Notes under the pieces: model-generated | The model's input: the letters and a program-made list of their open reading frames with translations, nothing else | What the model was told of the DNA's origin: nothing | Database searches by the model: none | In this document: positions 18,646-28,948 of the stretch, piece by piece | How the letters are laid out: every line of letters begins with the position of its first letter | How positions within the stretch are numbered: position 1 is the first letter of the stretch | Made by a program: the position numbers and the translations under genes | Source: Clostridia bacterium | GTDB taxonomy: Bacteria; Bacillota; Clostridia; UBA1212; DUPL01 | DNA: 64,000 bases | Direction of reading: 5' to 3' | NCBI GenBank assembly: GCA_050951325.1 | Contig: JBMNIW010000001.1 | Coordinates: 160,001 to 224,000 of the forward strand

Positions 18646-20241
18646 TATTACACCGAGGTCGTTAGGCAGAAGGAAATTGAGCGTAAAAAAATGCTAAATG
18701 AGGATATGCGTCCAAGAGCATTTGGGGATTGTGTTGAAAAAAATGTTGGATATTTCCTGTTCCATTCCTTGATTGAGGAACTTGAGGTCAAGGAAGTAAT
18801 AGATATTCTCGCCTCTGTCTGTAAGTTTCGTTTTAGTGTTTACGACCTGCTTACCCAACTTATCTATTCCAGGATCATATGTCCTTGCTCGAAATCCAAG
18901 ACTGTTTCGGATGTTTTCCCACTCTTGTATCGGTATTCTCCGATATCTGAAGACCAGGTTTATGACGGACTTTTCTTTATTGGCGGATCCTATAAGAAGT
19001 ATATAGAGTTATTTAACAAACAATACGAGAAGTTCTACAAAAGAAACTACAATAGAGCTTATTTTGATTGTACGAATTATTACTTCGAGATAGACTTTCC
19101 GAAGGATGACAAGCAGAAAGGTCCTTCAAAAGAAAATAGCAAAAACCCCATCATTGGGCAGGCTATGCTTCTTGATTCGGACCTTGTTCCGATTAGTATG
19201 CAAATGTATCCGGGAAACGAGTCCGAGAAGCCATATATAAGGAAAATAATCGAAGAGATGAAGCAGAAATACAATGTGACCGGTAAGACTGTTCAAATTG
19301 CAGACAAGGGGCTTAACTGTGCCCGTAACATATATGCTGCCGTTGTAGAGGCTAATGACGGATACATCTTTACAAAAGCCATTAAAGGTAGAAAACTAAG
19401 CAATAAAGAGAAAAATTGGATCCTGCTCGAGAATCAAGACAATGTATTTACCGATTATACAGACGCTAAGGGAAACTTGTTATACCGCCTGAAGAGCTGC
19501 GTTGATACTTTTGAATATTCCTTCGAAGAAACTGATCCTGATACCGGCGAGAACAGGAAAATCACTTTCTCGGTAAAAGAAAAGTGCGTAGTTTCATACA
19601 ATCCATGCCTTGCAAGGAAGCAGCAGGCTGAGATAAAAAAGATGGTAGACAAAACTCTCAACTACGTTACCCATAAACAGTTGGTAAAAGAAGAGATAGG
19701 AGATGCTTCAAAATATTTGAAAGTCACCAACAAAGACAAACACGGCAGGAAAATTGAGCCTATAATTGAAATAGACACAGCCAAAGTTGAAGAGGACATG
19801 AAATTAGCCGGGTACAATCTTATTGTCACATCCGAAATCGACATGACGCCGAATCAGATATACGAGGCATATCACGGACTATGGAAGATTGAAGAGAGCT
19901 TCCGAATCTCTAAATCCTATCTTGACGCAAGACCTGCTTATGTACAAAAGCAAGAAACAATTTACGGGCATTTTCTTATATGTTACCTTAGTTTGTTTCT
20001 TTTACGTATATTGGAAATCAAGTGTTTCAAAGACAAAGTTAATGCCTATGACATCATAACATTCATACGTGACTTCAGAGTCGTGAAGAAGGATGACAAC
20101 ACGTACATAAACCTTTCCCGCAATCGAAGTGCTAATGAAAAGATTAAGTCTGTTACTGGGATCAATGTATTGGATGCTCTGTACTTAACAGAACGAGAAC
20201 TTGACAATTTATTTGATTCTACTATCCTAATCGACTACTAA
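18646..20241 (+). pseudogene. IS1634-family transposase, remaining 531 residues
   Basis: DDE motifs YFDCTNYYFE, IADKGLN and YHGLWKIEESFR; in frame with 14849..15010. Confidence 0.9.
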
Positions 20242-20276
20242 GGTACTATGTTTTGAGTTGAACGACGGAAGTCAGG

Positions 20277-20601
20277 TATTATACTAAATTAATCGGATTT
20301 TTATAATATTTTTTTATCACTTTTTATAATTTTTGTACAGAAATCGGAACTCTTTTTTATTTGTAAATTTTATGTTAACACCCTTGATTATGACGTTACG
20401 TAATGTTTTATACTATCAGGGAGGTGATAAATAATGAATGAAGACTGCTTGTTTACAGTAGGAGAACTTGCAAAAAAATGTGGAGTTACTGTGCGAACGC
20501 TGCAATACTACGACCAATGCGGATTACTTTCGCCCAGCCGCTACTCGGAAGGTGGAAGACGCCTTTACAGTATTGATGATGTTTTGCGTTTGCAGCAAAT
20601 C
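20277..20601 (+). repeat. 325-bp direct repeat, right copy
   Basis: Matches 14327..14651. Confidence 0.93.
20384..20414 (+). promoter_or_regulatory. MerR-type promoter with 19-bp spacer and dyad (duplicated at 14434..14464)
   Basis: TTGATT-19 bp-TATACT; the spacer contains the imperfect dyad ATGACGT-T-ACGTAAT. Confidence 0.78.
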
Positions 20602-21216
20602 CTGTTCTTCAAGGGCTTTGGATTCACGCTTGAAGAAATACGCAATAGATTAATGACAATAAACTCAGCCCAGGATTTTGCCAAATTACTTGCAAAACAA
20701 AAAAATGTCATCGAGGAACAAATAAGACATTTAGAGAAGATAGTATCTCTTATGGATGAAACCATAGAGAGAATAGGCCCTAGTGAGAACCTCTCAATAA
20801 ACATGGTTATGGCAATATTGAAAGCTGCAAAACAAAATGACTTTTATTCTCTGGTAATTGACAGTATAGACAAGAAATACATGGATTCCTTTTTATTAAA
20901 TGAAGCCAAAACCGACTTAAAAGATTGGGACTCTCTTTTGACAAGATTAAAAGAATTACATAAGAAAGATGCAGACCCTTTTGGACAGGAAGCAGAAAAA
21001 CTGGCAGAAGACTGGTGGAACAGGATAATGGAATTGACAGGAGGAGATCCTAATTTGATTGCTACTGTATTTAGTGCTGGAGAGTCCTTGCCCAACTGGC
21101 CGGAAGAAACTGATGACATAAAGACTGCCATTGAAAAGATCCTATCCCCTGCTCTTGGCAGTTACCTGCTAAAACAAGGTATCGTCCCACCGGGCATGGA
21201 GGATGGTTTCAAATGA
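20434..21216 (+). CDS. MerR-family transcriptional regulator
   Basis: FTVGELAKKCGVTVRTLQYYDQCGLL; GFTLEEI. Confidence 0.95.
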   Translation: MNEDCLFTVGELAKKCGVTVRTLQYYDQCGLLSPSRYSEGGRRLYSIDDVLRLQQILFFKGFGFTLEEIRNRLMTINSAQDFAKLLAKQKNVIEEQIRHLEKIVSLMDETIERIGPSENLSINMVMAILKAAKQNDFYSLVIDSIDKKYMDSFLLNEAKTDLKDWDSLLTRLKELHKKDADPFGQEAEKLAEDWWNRIMELTGGDPNLIATVFSAGESLPNWPEETDDIKTAIEKILSPALGSYLLKQGIVPPGMEDGFK

Positions 21217-22118
21217 CTCTGGCAGTTCAAGTAAACTCGTTGGTAAAGAAATACGGTTCAAATACGGCTGTCGACAATATCTCTTTTAATATATATAAAG
21301 GCGAAGTCTTTGGTCTGTTGGGACCAAATGGAGCCGGAAAAACCACAACTCTTGAAATTATTGAAGGTCTGCGCATGCCAACATTGGGAGAAGTTTATGT
21401 AGAAGGCCTAAGTCCAATAAGAGATACAAAAGAACTAAGAAAAGTCCTGGGAGTTCAATTGCAGATATCCACGCTGCCTGAAGTCATGCGTGTTGACGAG
21501 GCAATGGAACTTATTTGCACCTTCAAAGGCATAAAGCCCAGGTACGATTTGCTTGAAAGGTTCGGATTGGTAAAACAAAAAAAGCAGCAATATGGAAAAC
21601 TCTCTACAGGACAAAAGAGAAGACTTCAACTTGCCTTGGCTATCTGTGGCAATCCCAAAGTTGTAATACTGGATGAACCAACAGCAGGTGTAGATGTTCA
21701 AGGAAGGGCGCAGCTTCATAATGCCATTAGGGAACTTAGAAAAAATGGCGTTACAGTAGTTATAGCGACTCATGACATGGCAGAGGCCGAAAGCTTGTGT
21801 GACAGAATCGCCATAATCATAAACGGCAAACTTGCAGCTTTGGGAAGCCCCGATGAAGTAACAGCAAAAGGCAGCTTTCAAACAAGAATAACCATCCGCA
21901 CCAAGAAAGGAAATTTAACTTCACAAGGTAATATTAAAAAAGCCACTTTTGCAAGCCAAAAGGAAAACAATGCCTTATGGCTCTGCACGGATACAGCTTC
22001 TGCAATAATTGAAATGCTGTCTGCCATTGATGCAGATGATGAGGTTCTTGTTCTGAGAGTGGAAAGACCGTCTCTTGAAGAAAGATTCTTGGAACTTATG
22101 GAAGGAGGAAACTCATGA
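21213..22118 (+). CDS. ABC exporter ATP-binding protein
   Basis: Walker A GPNGAGKTT, signature LSTGQ, Walker B ILDEPT. Confidence 0.95.
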   Translation: MTLAVQVNSLVKKYGSNTAVDNISFNIYKGEVFGLLGPNGAGKTTTLEIIEGLRMPTLGEVYVEGLSPIRDTKELRKVLGVQLQISTLPEVMRVDEAMELICTFKGIKPRYDLLERFGLVKQKKQQYGKLSTGQKRRLQLALAICGNPKVVILDEPTAGVDVQGRAQLHNAIRELRKNGVTVVIATHDMAEAESLCDRIAIIINGKLAALGSPDEVTAKGSFQTRITIRTKKGNLTSQGNIKKATFASQKENNALWLCTDTASAIIEMLSAIDADDEVLVLRVERPSLEERFLELMEGGNS

Positions 22119-22855
22119 AGGCGTTAATAAAACAACTCAGCATACAATTGAAAATGGATGTCAGGGACAAAGGAACTTTAATGGTATTCTACTTGGTTCC
22201 CCTTGGATTCTTTATTGTGGTAGGTGCTGTATTTTCTTCTGTAAATCCGGAGATTAAACCAATCCTGTCTGCTACCATGGCTATTTTCTCAACTACCATG
22301 GGTGCTGTTATTGGAATACCACCTGCAATAGTCAGAATGAAGGAATCAGGTGCAATACGCGCCTATCAGGCAAGTGGCATACCCATGATCAGTGTGGTTA
22401 TCACTACAGGACTAAGTGCTTTAATACATCTTTCCATAGTGTCAATTGCAATATCCTTGACAGCACCTTTTTTGTACGGGGCAAACATGCCTGAATCCAT
22501 CACAGGTTATGCGGTAACCCTCCTGTTTCTTCTCTTATGTAATGTTTCTATTGGTCTTTTGTTAGGTGCAGTAGCTAAAAACACACAAACTGCCACTTTG
22601 CTTTCACAAGCTGTATTCATGCCTTCTTTGATGCTCAGCGGAATCATGTTTCCAACAAGTCTGCTTCCAACACCATTACAGATGATTGGAAACCTCTTTC
22701 CCGCAACTTATATAAATCATGCCTTCAGAGGTTTGGCCTACCGTTTCGACACTGAAATTGCCCCACACACCTCTATGGCTATAATTATGTCAGTTACAAT
22801 ATTAACTCTAGCCTTGTCCATTCGGTATTTGGGCAAAATCACAAGTGTAAGATAA
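22115..22855 (+). CDS. ABC-2 type permease
   Basis: About six TM helices; LSGIMFP motif; overlaps the ATPase stop codon. Confidence 0.92.
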   Translation: MKALIKQLSIQLKMDVRDKGTLMVFYLVPLGFFIVVGAVFSSVNPEIKPILSATMAIFSTTMGAVIGIPPAIVRMKESGAIRAYQASGIPMISVVITTGLSALIHLSIVSIAISLTAPFLYGANMPESITGYAVTLLFLLLCNVSIGLLLGAVAKNTQTATLLSQAVFMPSLMLSGIMFPTSLLPTPLQMIGNLFPATYINHAFRGLAYRFDTEIAPHTSMAIIMSVTILTLALSIRYLGKITSVR

Positions 22856-22923
22856 CATATATTGTTGACTAATGCGGGAATATAAAATAACATAGAGGTA
22901 TTAAACAAAGAAGGGAGCAAACT

Positions 22924-24033
22924 GTGAGACCAGTAACACTGCTAATCAAGCCTGCATCGAGCTTATGCAATTTAAGATGCACATATTGTTTCTATCATGA
23001 CGTTGCAAAAAAAAGACTGTCACCTTCATACGGCCTTATGACAGAGAAAACCCTTGAAGTCCTTGTACGGAAAGTTTTCCAGTATGCAAAAGGTTTTGCA
23101 TACTTTGGTTTTCAAGGTGGCGAGCCTACATTGGTAGGCTTGACGTTTTTCGAAAAACTGGTGGAGCTTCAAAAGAAGTACAATATCTGGGGTGTTAAAG
23201 TTATTAATGCCATACAGACAAACGGAACACATTTGAACAAGAACTGGGCAGAGTTTTTCCATAAAAACAATTTCCTTGTTGGTATCTCCTTGGATGGTCC
23301 GCCCAACATACACGACAGATTCAGATTAAATGCTGATGGAAAAGGTTCTTTTGACAAGGTAATGGGTGCTGTCAAACTGATGGAAAAACACGAGGTTGAA
23401 TACAATATTCTGTGTGTAGTTAACAATGTGGTGGCAGAAAATGCAGCCAGGGTTTACAGGTTTTTTAAATCGAACAATATAAAATACATACAATTTATTC
23501 CCTGTTTGAATCCCTTCGGAGACGAACATGTATATTACGACTACACTTTAACCAGTGAAAACTATTTGAACTTCCTCAAAACCACATTTGATCTTTGGTA
23601 CGAAGACTGGTCAAGAGGCACACCAATTAGTATAAGAACCTTTGACAATTACGTGAGCATGATTGCTGGTTACCCTCCAGAAGCCTGCGGAATGAGTGGT
23701 GTCTGCTCATGCTACTTCCTTGTTGAATCCGATGGAAGCGTCTATCCCTGCGATTTCTATGTTCTTGATGAATACAGGTTAGGGAATGTACTTGAAAACT
23801 CTTTGGAAGAGATGATGGAGACGGATACTGCGAATGCATTTGTTGAAGAATCCAGGATAATTCATGACAAATGCAAAAATTGCAAATGGTACAGGATCTG
23901 CAGAAGCGGATGCAAAAGAAACCGAGACCCAAACACACACGAAAACCTGTACTGCGATGCATACTACAACTTTTTTGAGTATGCATATGACAAAATGGAC
24001 CAGATAGCAAATATATTGAAGAGGCAGATATGA
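22924..24033 (+). CDS. Anaerobic sulfatase maturase (radical SAM/SPASM)
   Basis: IKPASSLCNLRCTYCFY, FQGGEPTL, GSVYPCDFY and CKNCKWYRICRSGC motifs; adjacent to sulfatases. Confidence 0.93.
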   Translation: MRPVTLLIKPASSLCNLRCTYCFYHDVAKKRLSPSYGLMTEKTLEVLVRKVFQYAKGFAYFGFQGGEPTLVGLTFFEKLVELQKKYNIWGVKVINAIQTNGTHLNKNWAEFFHKNNFLVGISLDGPPNIHDRFRLNADGKGSFDKVMGAVKLMEKHEVEYNILCVVNNVVAENAARVYRFFKSNNIKYIQFIPCLNPFGDEHVYYDYTLTSENYLNFLKTTFDLWYEDWSRGTPISIRTFDNYVSMIAGYPPEACGMSGVCSCYFLVESDGSVYPCDFYVLDEYRLGNVLENSLEEMMETDTANAFVEESRIIHDKCKNCKWYRICRSGCKRNRDPNTHENLYCDAYYNFFEYAYDKMDQIANILKRQI

Positions 24034-24073
24034 AAAATCTGGCGTTTTTTCGCCAGCCTCTTTAACAACTGAG

Positions 24074-24187
24074 CAAACCAAACCCCTTCCCTTGCCAATT
24101 CGTCTATATTCGGCGTCCTAACCGGATATTTCCCATTATATCATAACAGTCATATCTCAACTAATCAGCCGTTATTAACAGTACATA
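24074..24187 (-). pseudogene. Sulfatase N-terminal relic
   Basis: Manual translation gives VLLITAD*LRYDC, a frameshift, then GKYPVRTPNIDELAREGVWF. Confidence 0.7.
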
Positions 24188-24189
24188 GT

Positions 24190-24243
24190 ATCTCCTCTTT
24201 TGCTTTTTGGCTTATGATACAACCAAAAAGCAAAAGAGGAGAT
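24190..24243. terminator. Long stem-loop (21-bp perfect stem) downstream of the large sulfatase
   Basis: ATCTCCTCTTTTGCTTTTTGG / CCAAAAAGCAAAAGAGGAGAT. Confidence 0.7.
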
Positions 24244-24321
24244 GCGTTCCAAATACTAGATTGCATGCCGATATTACTCATTTAAGAAAACTCTTGAACC
24301 CAAAACGGCCTCAAGCATATA

Positions 24322-27252
24322 TTACGGTATATTCACAAGCTCTATTTCATCAAAATAGAAGACTCCACTGCTTGCACTGTCTGCAGGATCAAATCTAAGC
24401 CTTGTAAGATTTCCAATCCATTTCTCCACATTACTCATGTCAAGCACTATTTCCTCAAAATCCGTCATATTACTTTTCAACGTAAACATCTTGAACTGTC
24501 CGGCAATATTCGGATGAACTGTTGTGGTAAAGTAAACCTGACATCTTGTTGAATTAGTCGTATTCATATACCTAATCTTTACCGCATTGTACTTCTCAAG
24601 AGGAACCGACAAATCAGTCTTCATCATGTAAGCATCCTGTCCTGTAATGTTGCATCCAAGTTTCCCATCCTTAACCTCGAAGGTCATGTTGTTGGCAGCC
24701 CTCCAGCCTTCTGCATCCTTTTCAAAAGACCATGTAACCTCCGGGGATTTTCCGACCAGCTCAATAGAATCGTAGAGTATTGATCCAGAATCGGCATTAT
24801 CTATGCCGTCTATCCGTATCTGCACAATATTGTCCTTCCAGCCTTCATATTTCCCAAGGTCAATGAAGTAAGTGACAAAATCATCCATGTATGATGGAAT
24901 GTATATCCTCTCGCTCTTTTTCTGGATATTGTACTGGCCATCCGAGGAAGTTATCCAATAAACTTCCATTTCCCAGGCACTGGACATATTCTTAAACCTT
25001 ATCTTCAACACCGATGCCTCAACACTATTGATATTTATCTCCGGCGAATGAATATATGCATCCGTTTCATTAACAGTAAACTTGATACAGCCATTTTCCC
25101 GTTCAAGGTTGCCCTTTCTTGCAACTGGTACAAAGAATCCGTCAAGACCATCATCAAACTGCCAGGAAACTATCGCTTCTCCCAAACCCTTTGGAGCAGT
25201 TACAAGCTGTTCATACACCATTTTGTTCTTTTCCATATCTACAAAAGATGGTGTCATGTTTGGCAACCACTTTACCTCATCCCTTTTTTCAAAGGAGTCA
25301 AAATATGCATGGGTTCTTTTAATATCCTCATTAGTAAGGTTGACCTTATCTCCAGCAACAATGATAAGATCTCCGTAAACCGCAACCTTCTTCTTAAGCT
25401 TTCCGGATTCCACATATCCATCCTTGCCTTTTACCCCCAGGATATCAGCTGGCAGATATATCTTCTTGCCGTCCTTTTTAGGAACCAGAACAAGCTTGCC
25501 ATCATACCCTTTGTTAATAACAGACCTTGTTCCTATTCTGAACACAACGGCATCCTTAATCTTTCCAAGATACTCAGTATCCGCATTCTCTATTACCACT
25601 TTTGGATATTCTTTTATGGCACTATCCTTTTCAACCTCTTTTGCAAATTTCTTCACCCACCCATCCCATGCAATATATTCTATTGGAACCTCGGCATTGG
25701 AATTATATGCATTATTCTTAACAGGCATTGCTTGAGGAGTTTTAGCCAAGTGTTCCTCTATATAACCTTTCAACTCTTCCACTTTATCAGGATATTTGTC
25801 AGCAAGATTTACCGTTTCAGAAATGTTTTCCTTGAGATTGTAAAGCTCATATCTTTCTTTTCTACCCTGAAGAGTTTCGTAATTTACAATAAGTTTCCAC
25901 TCTCCCGAATTCACTGCTATGGCCGAGGTGTTGCCAGGCGCAGGTACATTCTGCAAAAAGACTGTAAATATGCCCTTGCGCTCAAGAGTCTTTTTTGTTC
26001 CATTTAAAAGAGGGACCAACGACACACCGTCAAGAACCTGTGTGCGATCTTCCAAACAGTGATGGTTTGCATTTTTAAATTTTGAGGGATCTATTGTAAT
26101 GTCAGCCAGTTCAAGCAACGTCGGATAGAAGTCAACAGCATGAATATTTTCCTTTATGACTCCTCCTTTGGTCATACCAGGAACCTTCATTACACAAGGT
26201 ACCCTTATGCCTCCTTCGTAAATTGTTCCCTTGCCCTGCCTGAGCGGATAGTTGTTTGTCGGAAAAGATCCGTCAACACTGTCATACATATTGCCGCCGT
26301 TGTCTCCCATAAACACAATGACGGTATTGTCATACACTCCGTTTCTTTTCAGACTGTCTACTACCTTTCCTATCGCATCGTCCAACGCCTTTATCATGGC
26401 GGCCATCTGATAGCAGTTCTCCTGTTTGCTGCCTGGTGCATCCTTATTCTTGAAGTACTCTATGTATTCTTTCTTTGCATGGAAAGGTCCATGAACTGAA
26501 AAATCCCACAACTCAAGCAGGAAGGGTTCTCCCTTCTTAACTGCATCCGTGATAAATTTATCCGCTTCTCTTGCCAGTCTGTCAGTTATGTGTTCATCCT
26601 CCATGAAAAGCTCACCATTGTCCCATACATTACCAGGAAAACCGCCAAAGTATGGTGGATAATATCTACCAGGACCTGCAACCGGCATTCCCAGGTCCAC
26701 GTCAAAACCTCTATTTCTCATCTGATGCTCTTCACCCCTGCCCAGGTGATGCTTGCCGATAAACCCGGTGAAATATCCATTATCCTGGAACGCCTGTCCA
26801 ATGGTAAACAGATTTTCTGGCAGTGCATTAAGAGAATTTTTTGTTCTGTACTCCTGCCATGGACTTGCTCCTCCGTCAACATTGAATTTCTCATCGCTTC
26901 CCTCCAGGTGCCCCCTGGGAGCATTAATCATTGTTCTGTGAGGATACTGTCCAGTTAGAAGCGCTGAACGAGTTGGGGAACACAATGGATGAGCATATGC
27001 GTTTGTAAACGTTATACCATCTCTAGCAAGATTTTGCAGATTGGGCGTTTCATAAAAAGTACTGCCATTCAAAGCGGTATCCATATACCCAAAATCATCA
27101 CCCAGTATAAATACAAAATTCATCTTACCGCTGTAAGCCTTATCCTTTTTATCTGTTTTCTTAAAATGCCTATACACCATACCTGCCGAAACAGCTGAAG
27201 CTGCAGCAACAGATATGGCAACTGCAGCTGTGATAAATTTTTTACGTTTCAT
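24322..27252 (-). CDS. Multidomain Cys-type sulfatase (S1 family) with two C-terminal CBM-like repeats
   Basis: DDFG, CSPTRSALLTG, GKHHLG, GDNG and KGTIYEGGIRVP motifs; N-terminal anchor; two repeats ending in IRIDG and LRFDP. Confidence 0.93.
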   Translation of the reverse strand: MKRKKFITAAVAISVAAASAVSAGMVYRHFKKTDKKDKAYSGKMNFVFILGDDFGYMDTALNGSTFYETPNLQNLARDGITFTNAYAHPLCSPTRSALLTGQYPHRTMINAPRGHLEGSDEKFNVDGGASPWQEYRTKNSLNALPENLFTIGQAFQDNGYFTGFIGKHHLGRGEEHQMRNRGFDVDLGMPVAGPGRYYPPYFGGFPGNVWDNGELFMEDEHITDRLAREADKFITDAVKKGEPFLLELWDFSVHGPFHAKKEYIEYFKNKDAPGSKQENCYQMAAMIKALDDAIGKVVDSLKRNGVYDNTVIVFMGDNGGNMYDSVDGSFPTNNYPLRQGKGTIYEGGIRVPCVMKVPGMTKGGVIKENIHAVDFYPTLLELADITIDPSKFKNANHHCLEDRTQVLDGVSLVPLLNGTKKTLERKGIFTVFLQNVPAPGNTSAIAVNSGEWKLIVNYETLQGRKERYELYNLKENISETVNLADKYPDKVEELKGYIEEHLAKTPQAMPVKNNAYNSNAEVPIEYIAWDGWVKKFAKEVEKDSAIKEYPKVVIENADTEYLGKIKDAVVFRIGTRSVINKGYDGKLVLVPKKDGKKIYLPADILGVKGKDGYVESGKLKKKVAVYGDLIIVAGDKVNLTNEDIKRTHAYFDSFEKRDEVKWLPNMTPSFVDMEKNKMVYEQLVTAPKGLGEAIVSWQFDDGLDGFFVPVARKGNLERENGCIKFTVNETDAYIHSPEININSVEASVLKIRFKNMSSAWEMEVYWITSSDGQYNIQKKSERIYIPSYMDDFVTYFIDLGKYEGWKDNIVQIRIDGIDNADSGSILYDSIELVGKSPEVTWSFEKDAEGWRAANNMTFEVKDGKLGCNITGQDAYMMKTDLSVPLEKYNAVKIRYMNTTNSTRCQVYFTTTVHPNIAGQFKMFTLKSNMTDFEEIVLDMSNVEKWIGNLTRLRFDPADSASSGVFYFDEIELVNIP

Positions 27253-27279
27253 TCAAAAACCTCCCTTAATCAACTCCAC

Positions 27280-28815
27280 TTACACTCTTCTACTTATTTT
27301 CCTGGGATCTCCCGGGTCTTCGGTCTCCTCCATCCACATGTCAATTACCTTCCTGAGTTTCTCAACAACCTTTAATTGTTCTTTTTCATTCATCAGGTTC
27401 TTTGTCTGACCAGGGTCATTGTCAATATCGTACAATTCCTCATAAGGTCTGGAAAAGACGCTCATCATCAAATCATATTCAAAGGGGTATTCATCCTTTG
27501 CATTGACTATGGCATCATAGGAAAGATTACCCCAGTCCTTGCCATAAAGGTCTGCAGGCAGCTTGTATTCCAGTTCCGGCATAAGATTTCTTATGTACAA
27601 ATATCTTCCATCAAAAACCGCTCTTGACGGATAGATCTCTCCAGGACCGTGAGCATTGTGCTCAGTAAACACATACTTTCTGCCCTTAGCACCTTTCTGT
27701 CCTTCAAGAATCGGTCTTAACGAAATACCCTGCATATTATCAGGAATCCTTACACCAATGCAATCAAGTATCGTTGGTGCAATATCAATCAAACTGACAA
27801 GCTCGTCGGTATTCACATTGCTCTTAATACCCGGTCCTTTGATTGACAGAGGAACATGGGTTCCGTCAAAATACACTGATGCTTTGGCACGAGGATACGC
27901 ATACCCTTGGTCGCTTGTGTATATGATAATGGTTCTGTCCATTTCGCCAGATTCCTCAAGCTCTTCAAGCACATGGCCAATTGCGGCATCCATAGTCTGT
28001 ACGGAAGACAGATAATTGGCGTAATCCTGCCTGACCATAGGAATGTCAGGAAGGCCCACAGGCAAGACAACATTATCAGTTTTCACCTTGTATCTGCCAT
28101 CAATACCCGACTGCCACTCCCTGTGTGTATTACCGAAGTTTACCATTAGAAAAAATGGATCATCTTTGTTTTTTCTTCTGACCATATTTAGAAATGTCTT
28201 TACAGATTGCGCGCCGCTTGTCACAGGAAGTCTTGGTGACTGCAGTCTGTAGTCAAAAGGATATTTCCAATGAGGACTCAAGTGCCATTTCTGCGTTATT
28301 CCGGTAACATACCCCTCTTCCTTCAGAATTTCAAGAAGGGTTGGGATATCTTCATGAACTCCCACAGTATCCTGCATTGAAGACTCTCTGCCAAACTCCT
28401 TTTCTGGCGCATTTATTGGTGGAGTTATTGTATTTCTCCAATGACCATTTGAGTGCGGATACATTCCTGTGAAAATAGAACTTCTGCTGGGAGAACACGA
28501 TGCACAAGAAGAAAAGGCGTTTGTGAAAAAGGTACTATCTCTTGCCAACTTGTCAATGTTCGGTGTTGAAAGACCAGGCGTACCAACATGCGATAGATGG
28601 TAGCTTTGATCGTCCGCAAGCATCAATACTATATTCGGTTTTCTTTCAAGTCCTCCAATAATGGTCATGGACTGGGTAGGTCTTGGACTAAAATCCAAAT
28701 TGTCCTTGTCTCCTTCATTTTTTAAACTACTGCATCCTCCCAGTGCACTTACAGCAAACAAGGAGGTAAGACCCAAAGAAACGGTTTTTCTAACAAAGCT
28801 CATCAGCTCCACCAA
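27280..28815 (-). CDS. Lipoprotein Cys-type sulfatase, sulfamidase-like (start may be ATG 28803)
   Basis: Lipobox LGGC; ADDQ, CSPSRSSIFTGMYPHSNG, TSDQG and PRAKASVY motifs. Confidence 0.9.
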   Translation of the reverse strand: MVELMSFVRKTVSLGLTSLFAVSALGGCSSLKNEGDKDNLDFSPRPTQSMTIIGGLERKPNIVLMLADDQSYHLSHVGTPGLSTPNIDKLARDSTFFTNAFSSCASCSPSRSSIFTGMYPHSNGHWRNTITPPINAPEKEFGRESSMQDTVGVHEDIPTLLEILKEEGYVTGITQKWHLSPHWKYPFDYRLQSPRLPVTSGAQSVKTFLNMVRRKNKDDPFFLMVNFGNTHREWQSGIDGRYKVKTDNVVLPVGLPDIPMVRQDYANYLSSVQTMDAAIGHVLEELEESGEMDRTIIIYTSDQGYAYPRAKASVYFDGTHVPLSIKGPGIKSNVNTDELVSLIDIAPTILDCIGVRIPDNMQGISLRPILEGQKGAKGRKYVFTEHNAHGPGEIYPSRAVFDGRYLYIRNLMPELEYKLPADLYGKDWGNLSYDAIVNAKDEYPFEYDLMMSVFSRPYEELYDIDNDPGQTKNLMNEKEQLKVVEKLRKVIDMWMEETEDPGDPRKISRRV

Positions 28816-28948
28816 CTTTCATATTCTAATTAATCGTTTACTATACATTTATATTATCACAACAAATAATCAGTTTTCAATTGTTTAAAAAGATTGACCA
28901 AAGAAAATATTTTCCGTATTATTAAAAAAACAAGCAAAGGAGAAGAAA

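Larger units (their letters stand above)
14652..20276 (+). mobile_element. IS1634-family insertion sequence (1,990 bp without its internal insert)
   Basis: Terminal IRs CCCGTCTTCCGTC / rc CCTGACTTCCGTC (11/13), flanking 325-bp DR, and a split DDE transposase. Confidence 0.88.

Noticed and set aside
18401-18697. 98-aa ORF as a programmed-frameshift partner of the 18691 transposase
   Set aside because: It is a chimera of the IS5/IS1182-like fragment read across the insertion junction; the true N-terminus of that transposase is at 14849.
22924-24033. Radical SAM/SPASM enzyme as the modifier of the 35-aa peptide
   Set aside because: It has the sulfatase-maturase signature, no N-terminal RRE extension, and sits beside two Cys-type sulfatases.
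25048-26007. 319-aa plus-strand ORF (also 8301..8915, 30527..31198 and 57264..57875)
   Set aside because: Antisense shadows of well-supported genes, with no recognisable motifs.
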